From Eutreptiella sp. 'Long Island Sound 2002' (taxonomy: Eukaryota > Protista > Euglenida): 64,000 nt of DNA. The position numbers and the translations under genes were made by a program. Positions 1 to 10,800 of the stretch are shown here, piece by piece (the stretch's first letter is position 1; each line of letters starts with the position of its first letter). Location: contig OZ038379.1 of the NCBI GenBank assembly GCA_964036045.1, positions 19,964,001-20,028,000 of the forward strand. The letters run 5' to 3'. Under the pieces are notes generated by a model. It was not told where the DNA came from and searched no databases. It saw only the letters and a list, made by a program, of their open reading frames with translations.

Positions 1-856
1 TGCCGAAAAGCTGATATGCAGGAGGTTCTTGCTCTGACAGTGCCTCTGGGCTGCGCATATTCCGCACACCAATTTGCATCGTGTTTCATTCCCACTCCTC
101 TTTTAAGTGATGTTTCTTTGAGTGGGTGCAATCCATTAGCCTCGGTGGGTGCCTGTGTTAAACACGGTAACTCTACCAACGGTTCCGCCTGCACCTTCGC
201 TTTGCTCACTTTACTTAGGCCCCCCCCCCCCCCCCACAGTCCCTGCCTACAAAGGCAGGTTGTTTGCAGTGTAGTATAACCAGTGCCATGGGGTCTCTTG
301 GGGGTGGGGCTGTGGGGACTGCGGGAGAGAGGCGAGGGGCACTATGTCAGAGGGTTGTGGCAGAGGGGCGGAGGATTGCTGTTACAGCCGGTTTCAATGG
401 GCAGGGGGCACTTTTGGCCCTCTGCCCCCGCCCCCTCCGGACCCCCTTCACCCCACACCCACCCCAGTGTCCTCTTCGGGGGAGCTCTTTAGGGGCGCCA
501 AAGGGACAAGCCAGGGCAAGAGGGAGGGGGAGGAGCTGCAGGGACACCGCAAAACACCGCTCATGCAGACATATGCTTGGTCAAGCAGCACCGCAGGCAA
601 GTCTCTGGATATACAGCGCACCACCGATGTGTAGCGCTTGATGATCTGGGCAGAACACTGCAATCGTGAGCAACAGGACAGACATCCTGCTCTCACCCAC
701 AACCCCCCCGCCCCCTTCCCCTCCCCGCAAACGACCCCGAGCAACAAAAGCACGTCACGCGAAAAATACATGGCACTGGACTACTACACAGGAACCAACC
801 AGCCTTTGTGGAACCCCCCATCACCCCCCCATCACCCCCCCATCACCCGAGTGTCC

Positions 857-1867
857 ATGTCGTTCTCTTCTTCTGAGGAGGCCCCCAACATCCCCATGCC
901 CTCATTTACAATCCGCTTTGGATGTGTTGGCCTTTCCCACACAGTCTCACCGGCCCTTCTCCTGCTCCCTCTTCCAGAGCCTGAGCCGTGTTCCGAGCTC
1001 AAGTTCTGCGAGGCTGCCGAGACAACTGCCCGCGCGGCGCTCGGTCGGACCGCGGCCGCGCAGGGGGCGCCGATCGCGTGCCAAAGCGACGAGCTGAAGG
1101 ACCGCTTCCACTTGGACCGGGCGGAGTTCCGGTACCGATGGCATTTGTCAGCACTGAGGACCCGAGAGGCCCCCACCGCTGCAAAGCCCGCCCCAAAGCG
1201 CGCGACTCCGGACCCGGGCCCTGGCCCCGGCCCAGTCCCTGCCGCTTCCCTCAGCTCCAGGCCTGGCTCGGGCGCCGGGGCTGCCCCCCTGTCCCCCGGC
1301 TACGACCTCCTTAGGCACCGCCCCCCCCCCAAACCGGCCCCTTTCCCGGCGCCCCCTCCGCTGGAGGCGGCCGTGCGGCAGGGCTACCCTCATCCCGGGA
1401 ACTACCCCGGCATCGCCCCGTTCCTACTGAGCCCTGTCTCCAGCTCCGCCCCGCCGCTGTCGCCGTCCCGCTACTACGTCCCCCCAACGCCGTCCACGGC
1501 GAACACCCCTGCCTCCCCGGCGGCCGGCGCGGGCCCCCGGCCCCCGCCCCGCGCCCCCGCCCCGACGCCCCGCACAGCGCTGATGGGGCGCCAGCCCGTG
1601 CCCGCGGCTGCCGCCTCGCCGGGCCGCAACGCCACCACCGTCACGATCTCTGCGCCCTCGCCGCAGGAGACATGGGATTTGGAGGCGCTGGAGTTTGGCA
1701 TGCGTGACGCGCTGCGGCGGGAGTGGGCCGCCTCCCGAAATGTGCTGAACATGTCGGAGGCCGGAGCCCGTGCCGTGGTGCTGGCGCCGCTCCAGAGGAC
1801 TGCCACCGACCTCCAGAGGACGTGGCGCGGTCACAAGGGGCGGCATCTTGCACGGCAACAGGCGGAG
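857..1867 (+). CDS. IQ gene exon 1 (5' limit uncertain): helical region, Pro-rich linker, IQ motif 1
   Basis: Part of ORF 638..1897. IQ motif LQRTWRGHKGR, then donor GAG|GTAGCC at 1868 (phase 0). Possible upstream acceptor cacacag|TC near 945. Confidence 0.68.
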
Positions 1868-4800
1868 GTAGCCCCGGTTGTGTGCTTCGCATCCTGACCT
1901 CTGTGCAGTCCACAGCGCAATCATCAGTCGGACTAATGATCATCGAGGGGTCAAAGGGACGATAATCTGTGGAAGGATGGAAAAAGTGTCATGGGAAAAA
2001 TGCCATGCATGGCGACTGGGGGCGCAGACGGTAGATGGTGATGTGACCGGAAGGGGCAATGCAGACAAAAAGGCTCGACAAGAAGGATGCTGAATGCGCG
2101 CACTGGAAATGAAACGGAGATGCCCGACATCCAAAACCAAGTATCGTTAGGGATTTGTGGCCCGGTGCCTAAACCGGACGCCTTCAAGTGGTAGACATGC
2201 GCAAGCGCACCAGATGTAGGGCCAGCAAGCCGATCGGAAGGGCAGAAATTGGGCGTGGTACGTGCTGCTGAGTGGCTGTGCGAGCACGACCTCGTGGGGT
2301 TTCCGGTTGCCCAGTCTGTTCGGACTCTGTGGAGGGTGCCATTTGGTTGTTGGGGTGGCTTAACCATGTGTAAGAAAGAGTTAAGAGCGTTCAAAGAACA
2401 AAATATCACCCCAACCCTTCCACTCCAAGCTCAATGCCTTCGAACCATAACCACCCCAAACGTACCCCTGACCAACCCTGGGCATCCTTTGTGTCTACTC
2501 GTTGCTGACCATGGGCAAACGCCGTATGAAGCATAGCCCACCTTTGGACGTCACCTTGCGTGGCAAAATGTGTGATGCTGTCGTTGCACCGTTTCTCCAC
2601 AGAAACAGGAGCAGCAACTACAAGATGAGAGCTTAGACATGCACGAGGCCTCAGCCACGGAAGTGCAGCGGACGTGGCGAGGCTGGAAAGGGCGACAGCA
2701 TGCAGCGCGGCAGGCTCAGGTGCCCTCACATGTGAAGCGCACATGCCACACCCCTGACGAGCTGCGGTTTGGGAAGCAGGCGGCCGTAGTTGGTCTAGTT
2801 CTATTTTTTTTTTATGTAGAGGGTGCCCGCCCTCTCCACCCCTTTGCCAAGATAACGGCAAGAGCACCAAAATCTCCTTCAAAAGAAACGCTGTGCAGTC
2901 GAACACTGCACCACAGAAGTCCCCGCGGAATAGACGTACAGTCAAGCAACGAGTATCATGCCCCGCCAGTAAATCATGCCACAACACATATCGAAGACGC
3001 ATATCTCTTCTTGAAGCATTCGTTTTGGATGGAAACGCAAAATCATTCACTGATTAAGCACTAATGGAAACCACATTTGTGTCGGTTGGGCAAGGGTCTT
3101 TCTGACCAGCGCCTAGCGGGTTAGGGCACGGGAGTAAATGTCTCAAGTAGCGGATGCACCGCAAGGACATGTCGAGAGAAAGTGGGCACTGGATGTCACT
3201 ACGGCCCGCGACTTTCTGCCTGTGTGTCGCCATAAATTGGATGCTCACTACATACCAGTTTCAGGCTGGTTTATTGTTTGATCAAAGGTGAGACGATAGC
3301 AGGCAGGATTCCGTATCAGAGTTATGATGTTTTTTGTTTTTCTTGATGGATTTCCTGTTGCCATTTGTTGATGATTCCATGCTGGTGGTTGATAATGCCT
3401 GAGCAGTTTTGGGTTTATTGATGATTGACTGTGCTCTTTGGCCATTGAAGATGCTGATCAAAGTTCGTTCGATTTGTCTGGCGTTGGGTCCCTTTTTGCC
3501 CACAGAACGCCCTTCCGAACCACCATCCCAGAGCCTGGTGGCAACAATGACTGAGGAAGAGGAGCGGTGCATACTGTGTGCGTGGCATGCCCACACTCTG
3601 AGTGTTGTATGGCCCCTTCGCCCGCAGGCGGCTGACAGCGTTTGCGATAGAGCGCCTCCATCCAAGCCGACGAACGTGATGCCAGTGTGTGTGTCGTCAA
3701 ACAAGTGCCATCGTCAAGGCGTTGTGTCTGAATGTGATGCTGGTCATTTGACTATGAGCATGCCGCACCATTTGCGTCGCGTGCACCTTTCCACTTAAGA
3801 TGCACGGCCACAGGATGCACATTGCACACTGATGAGGCCCATCCTGTGCACGAAGGGTCTGAAAGGACTGCCTCGGGACCGGACCCCATAGCCGTGGGTG
3901 GCAGCAATTCGGAGCTTAAACAAGTCCTCGCATGGCTCCTGAGCAGGGCGTTCTTTTAGGAGTCAATGATCGGCAACTAACCGACGGCGGATGGCGCTTA
4001 AACGACCGCTGGTGACAAACCGAGGGCGGGTCAAGGGACCGGGGGCCGGGTGTTTTTTCCACCTGAAGAACGCCCTGCCTCTTCATCCTACAAACCCAAC
4101 GCTCCCCCGGTGCAGCTGCACAGCGCCTTGTACCCTTCCCCTCTCCTCCTTATCCTCGGCCCTATGTCAGTACCCAGCCCCAAATGCAATCCTGCATTTC
4201 CATTTCACAGCAGCAGGAGCGGCAGCTGCAATCCGAGGACGTTGGGTTACCGCCTCTCTTTACCCCCCAGCAATTCAGTCCCACGCAGGCCAGCCCCGCG
4301 CACGTCAGTCCCGGGCCAGCCAGCCCCAAACCAGTCAGCCCCGAGCTGCCCAGCTACATCCCCACCCCACCTCCAGATCCACCCAAGCTGCTGCTCTATT
4401 TAGGGGTGCAACAAGAAACTTCCACCGACGCTTCAGGAGAGGTCCCCGCGGTCCTGTTTCCGGAAGTCGCACCGGGCGTGCCTTCAGAGTCAGAGCAGAA
4501 GCAGAGCCGCTCAGGCTCACCCACAGAGTTCCATTTACGAGGGGTGCGGCTGCCACTACACCGGAGTCAAGGCCTGCAGGATGCGGAGGTAGAGGCTCGG
4601 GAGGCTGTCATGGATGAGTGCACTGACGGCCTCTGTGCGATTTTGGAGGAGGAGGAGGCCACCCTGCGGCTTTGGACAGCGTTGCAGGAAGCGATTCAGT
4701 GGGACCATGGGCTAGCGCGGATGGGGTTACATGTGCACCTCCAGGCGCTTGAGGACGAGGAGGAGGCGTGGCGGGCGGGAATCTGGGAGCTCTGTGACGA

Positions 4801-7800
4801 GGCAAAAGCGACAATGAGCGCGGACTGGGCGTTGGAGCTCCATGAAAAGGTGCTGCCCCTCCTCCACGCGTCATCGAAAGCCGTGCCTGTCTCAGACGTG
4901 TGTTGGTGTTGCGTGCGTCCTCGCTTCCTTCGCCCCCTCGCCACAATGCCCGCGTGCCTGTGGGAGTGAACGCCATGGGGGCAAAAGGCTGCAATCGTGA
5001 GCAGTGGGACGGACATTCCACTCACTCCCCTAAACCTGACTTCGACCAACAAGCAGGTCATACAAAGACGTGGCCACTCACCGGCCATACTGCACGGTCC
5101 CCAACCAGCCTTTATGGATCCCCCCCCCCCCTTGTTTGGAAGGTGAGCACCTCCGAACCTCATGACTGAGTGTGAAGCATGCCGACGCTGGCATGAGAGG
5201 GAGGCCAAGGGGCAGAAGCAGCATTCAGGAACAGAGGGATAACGGACCCACCCTCACGTACCAAAAGTACTTTCCCCCAGGGTCTTGTAGACAATTTCTA
5301 CCGCCAGAATTAAAACAGTGCACACACCCTGAAGTACCAACCGGCATAGATATTCAGCCTTCGCAGTTACTTCCCCACCTCCCCTCACTCCCCTGCTTTC
5401 GGAACTCTTGGTGGATTCTTGGTTTATCAAGGTCAGTCTTCCGAAAGCCCCATCGTGTGCCTGCCTGTCGACATTTCTAACCGGAGTTGGTCTTCCAGTA
5501 ACACCGGGTATATCCACTGGTTCCCTCTTGTCTCCTGAGGCGGGCCCGTTCCCAGGCGTCTGGGGCGCGCCTTTTGTGGGCAAGCAAGGCAGCTGGAAAA
5601 TCCACATCGGCGCTTGCACAGGGAGCAACCGGTGGGTCGTAGAGGGCTTAGGCTGGAGGGATCGGGCAGTCTTGTCAGGATGTTCAGGGGTATGAGTGGG
5701 GCAGGGTTGATGAAGGGGTGGGAAGTGGGTTGACAGAGCAACCCCCCCCCCCAAAAAAAAATTGGCGGCAGAATTCGGCCGATTTCGCCGATTTGTTCTG
5801 CCGATTTGTGGGGGTTCTGTGATTTTGCCAATTCGTTCTGCCGACTTGTTGGGGCTTCTGGGATTATAGGACCCCTGATTTGGAGGTGTCACTCTAAGTT
5901 GTGTATCGTTTATTTTGGGACACTGGATAATACCTTTTCTTTCTATATTGGTTGTTCGGATTGGCACCATGAAGTGTTTTTACTGCCCACAAAAAAGACA
6001 CATCTCTGGTCCCCTGGGATTCATTGTCCCCTGATGATCAAACTTTTCTGCGGGACAAGCACCCTGATGCTGGTCAGGGGGCAGTTTGCGACTTGTGTGT
6101 TCGCTCTGCACGCCCCAGCGCGTTCTTCAGCCGCCGTTCTTCAAGCACCTCATCATAAGGCCCCCGATCTCTGGATTCTGGGCTGCAACTGCCTCCAGCT
6201 CCTCTAGTTGTGTCTGGTGCCCACCCAGCACAGAGCGAGACGCAAACGGGAAGCCTGTGTGCATTCATCTGCTTCTGGGAAGCTTTGTTTGTGCATGGAA
6301 AACCAATTTTCTCAGCAAGACAAGTGACAAAAAATGCAAACAAACAATCAGTCAGGGATTGGACCCTTCGCCAGCAAATCACCAGCATAGGCTGGATACC
6401 ACTGGACCACTGCTTTGTACTGCCATAATGCTGCTCAGGAACCATGCACAGCCTGAGAGACAGTGGGAGATCAGTGCTGCACACCCACCCAGCACACAGT
6501 GAGATGCAAATGGGAAGCCTGTGTGCATTTATCTTCTTCCAGCAGGCTTTGTTTGTGCATGGAAAACCAATTTTCTCAGCAAGACAAGTGACGAAAAATG
6601 CAAAAAAATCGGTATGGGAATTGAACCTGCGTCTGCTACTCTCCGCGGTAAGACATATACCACTGGACCGCTGCTGTGCACTGCCATTGCTCCAATCAGG
6701 GACTGTGTACAGACTGAGGGATGAAAATTTTTTTTTTCGAAAATTGAGAGATATTTTGGGTTTCCACATGACTCCAACTACGGAGCAACCATAAGGAAGG
6801 TGTGTTTGGGGCCTGGGACTGAGATCCAGGGCACTGGGAGCCTGTTTTGCCGAAAAATCGGTCCGCCGATTTGTTCGCCGATTTGTTGGGATTTCTTCGC
6901 CGATTTGGGGGGGGGTTGGCAGAGGGGGTGTTGCTCCTGATATCCGTGTCCTCGCCCAGTTTGCTGCAGCCCCACAACTTGCCATATTTCTTGGTACTGC
7001 AGATGACTACTGCTGAGAGTCAAGGGCGATATTTCCAGTTCTCTGATTGGCTGCTCTGCGCCGAGCAAATCGCCCGCGCACAAATCAATGCCACGGCGTC
7101 TGCAGGTATGAGGATGTTTGTTGAATTTGTCTCCACTTATCCTGTTGTCTGATCTCTGCGAGCTCTTTGTGTTGAAGGGCGTCTCTACAAGTGAGTCAGG
7201 GAAAGGCAGTTTACTGAGGCCACAGCCCGAGGGCGTGCTCATTGAACAGAGGAACAAGGGGTTGGTGTTGCACATCACGTCGATTTTTCCTAATCTGCAA
7301 TGCCTTGAGGCGACTGTATGGCATTCCCTTTGATGCCTGGCAGGTGTCACACATGCCTCCTGCAGTGCCTGTGCCCTGTACCGGGGCAGATATCTCGTCT
7401 TATCGGCGCGTTTTGTTTTGCCGAATGGCCTCTGGTGTTGTCTGCATTATGCCTTTCCCTCCGCCGGCCATCCATAATTCCAGGCGCCGCTTGTGTGCCT
7501 GCTTCTGTGAGGCCTGTTTGAGCGGTTGCATAGTACATTTACATCTACATTCCCGGAATGTGGCGTCTTGAAATGTTTGTATGCATCATGTTGCATTGGC
7601 TTGTCGACAGTAGACAATATGCCTTAGGTCAAGGGCGCATCGACTGCCAACGTTCGGACACAGGGCTAGTTTTGCCAAAGTGGGAGGTTTTTTCCGAGGG
7701 CTGATTTTTGGTGTTGTTTTTGCAATTTGCCACTTTTCAACCCCCTACCCCCCTTTTTTTTCAAACCCCGCAAGTTACCAACCCCAGGGATTGTGGAAAT

Positions 7801-10800
7801 GGCTACGTATGTGATCAGCTGAGGTCACACATGTGTTGCATAGTGCATAAATGTTGAAGAGTGGAACAGGTCGGTTGTTGTTGCCAAGGTAGTTCCCCAT
7901 TTCATATGTGCATAATTGCCATTGTGTTGCAGCCTCATGAAAAATCATTGTGAATTGCGCTCTGGTGTTGTTGGGGACATCCGTTGTCGTCTAACAGTAT
8001 GAGCCATGGGGCACAGTCACCATCTCACCATCTATGTTTGGCTGCCCTTTGGGTGTGCTTGTGTCTACAACCTTGTTGGCGGTATGCACGGCTTCCGGGT
8101 AGCTTCCACAAACACAATACTCCTTGTTTCATGGCCTTTTGGTGGGTAGTGCCGCTGCACGCCTGTGGATTGCAAGCAAGGAAACTTGCACCATTGGCAT
8201 GAACGATGTGCCTGACATCTTGCAGCCGCCGTTGTCTCGTCGAACCCACAACATGATGTGGTCCCAAGGGTTGCGCACTATGTGACCACATTACGGCAGC
8301 CACCACCGTCGACACACATGTTATCCATGTGGTGTAGTATGGTTCCACATGTGTAGCCCTTGGTTGCTATGGCGGTAAATTCTTCTACATTGACGCCGAA
8401 GGATCTACTCGTCTTCCCTCGTTTGGGCTCTTCTACGTGCATTTCAACAATTTGGAAGACCCGGTAAGCCATGGTCTCTTTGCAGAGGCCAACTTATGCA
8501 AGGCATATTGCAAGTGTGCTACTGAGGGCTGTGAACTATGCCATTTCTCTAGTAGGGGGTGTGGGCAACTTGAGGCACCCATATTTTTTTTTTTCCTGGG
8601 TGAGGGCCTAGAGTGGAGGGACCCGTTCCTCAAGTGGACCCCTTAAGCCACCGCGTCTTTGCCGATGTGAAACCATTGCACCGTGTTGCCTTTGTCCGCA
8701 ATTTCTGCGAATTTTTTTTTTTCAAGCATAAGAACCCCCCCCCCTTTCCAAGGGCCCAATTTTAAGGATTATTTTTTAAAACCCCCCCCCGTTTTTTCAG
8801 ACTCCCTGAAAATTGATAAAACAGCCCCCATGTCCGCAATTTGAGAGTCGATGCACCCTTGCCCTAGGTCTAGTTGGTGCCAAGGGGGGGGCATGTTCTG
8901 AAGCACTCTGCCCCCCCGTACCTTGTGCACCCTTGTTCAACCGCAGTGATGTGCCTTCGAATGAACCGGCTCCTGAAACTCTGGGGGGCAGACGGCTTCG
9001 TTCAATCGGGTTACTCTTCCAGAGGTTCCATCCCCACGCTTTGTCTGCCACACAGCACCTGAGTGTCTCTCCTTGTGGTTGTGCTCGTTCACGCCCCGGA
9101 AGATGCCCTTTCCCCCGGCTCTTTTTTGTTCGAACTGACAATCCGCCCACCCCTCATCCGGTAGCTCTCCGCTGTCCTTTTGTGACCGGGTTGGTACTGC
9201 CCATTGCAGCCCCGGGGGTTGGGTAGTGCTTCCCTCTGCACAGACCTGTTGTGGCTCTTGGAAGAGCAGGAAACGGACGTCCGGTTGGTGATTGAAGATG
9301 AGGAGGCCATTTTCGCCTCCATCCAACGCGAGACTCGGCACGCGGCGTCTCAGTTGGATGCATTGCGGGATGCAGAGCGGCGGCAGCGGCAGCAGATCAT
9401 GGGGGCCTGCCGAACAGGTTGGTGCCCTTCAAACCCACTGTTGTGCATCCCTGGCCAGTCTTCACCTGCTCGCAACGCTTGACCAGGGGTTCGCCGCACT
9501 TCGCAAACAAAATGCGCTTGAAACAAATATGTACTACCCCAAATGATTCAGGGTGCCCCTGTGTGTCCTCAGCAGCACGTGGAAGAAGCCTCAACACGAA
9601 CACAGCGCAAATCCAATCACCACTCACCGGGGCCCCCGACAGTGTACTGGCTTCGGTCTGGTTTCTCAACCCTCATCAGCTCCAGGAACAGATTGTTGTT
9701 AGGACAGCATGCAGCAAAAGCAACGACATTGCTCCAACACCAAAAGTTTGCCAAACGAAGTTCTCACTGCACACAGCACATGGGGCTCGCAGCACTCCCC
9801 AATCCAAGTGATTGCATATGTCAGGACCACACACACGTGTGTGTGTGTGTGTGTGTGTTTGTGTGTGTGTGCGTGTTTGCGTGTGCATGGCGGTGAGGTG
9901 GGGTGTGGGATGGGAGGCCAGGTTCAAGCCGGTTAACAATGGGGGGTGGCAGGGGTCGAACGCAATTTACGCTGTAAATTACGTAAAGTTTTGTAAATTG
10001 CGCGGAAAATGGCGAAAATTTCTTTAAAAAGTTTGTGAATCCGGTGTAAATTGGGGAATTCAAGTGCTTTGCATGCTATTAGACGTGGATGTAGATATCC
10101 AGGACCTAGAAATGTGCTTGTTCTTGCTCGTAAACTTCGCAAATTGTTCTCTGCTGTGTCAGTTTTGCCAAGCAGTGTGCGTGCGGAAGCAGGACCCGGC
10201 TGCGGAGTGGCAAGAATAGGCTACTCCTGCTGCCGCCCTCCGCCATGTGAAGTATGTGGGGCCCAAGTAACCAATCTTCAAAACACACCGCCTTTTCTTT
10301 GAATTTCCACCATGTGTAGGGAAATGTACTCCAGTTTTGGGCAAATTTACACCAATCTGCGCAATGTGGTGGCCGGGGGCCAAAAATCCTGCAAACCCCC
10401 GTAAACAATTGGTGTGTTCAAGCACACCACCCTGATCCCCCCGTTTCACCGTGCAGCCGGTGCACCGAGCATCGGTGAGAGAAACGGGGGCGGGGGAGGT
10501 CGCTCCGGCCGCCTGTGTGCTGGCACCTGGTGTGGACTGACGGAGGGACGTTGTTTGTTGGTTGGGATTCGTGCGGTCACATATACCCACTGCCATTGTC
10601 CTGTACTGCGTTGGCGGTGTGCATCTCTTGGGGCACTGGCGGTCAGATCCTGGGAAGGAGCCAGGATATGGCACGTGGTGTCTGCAACACGTGTGTCACA
10701 GTGTGTGCCTTGCCTTGTTCCCTTCATACCCAGTGCGGCGGTGGGGCCCAGGCAGTCATACGCCTTAAGTGGTTGTTCCACCACCCCCCTGTGGGGCCTG

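Noticed and set aside
2246-2331. Candidate extra exon KLGVVRAAEWLCEHDL...
   Set aside because: Weak acceptor, and exons 1 and 2 already join in phase with a better sequence parallel.
3532-3603. Candidate cassette exon SLVATMTEEEERCILCAW
   Set aside because: It resembles the E-rich repeat, but there is no convincing donor and it is not needed for frame.
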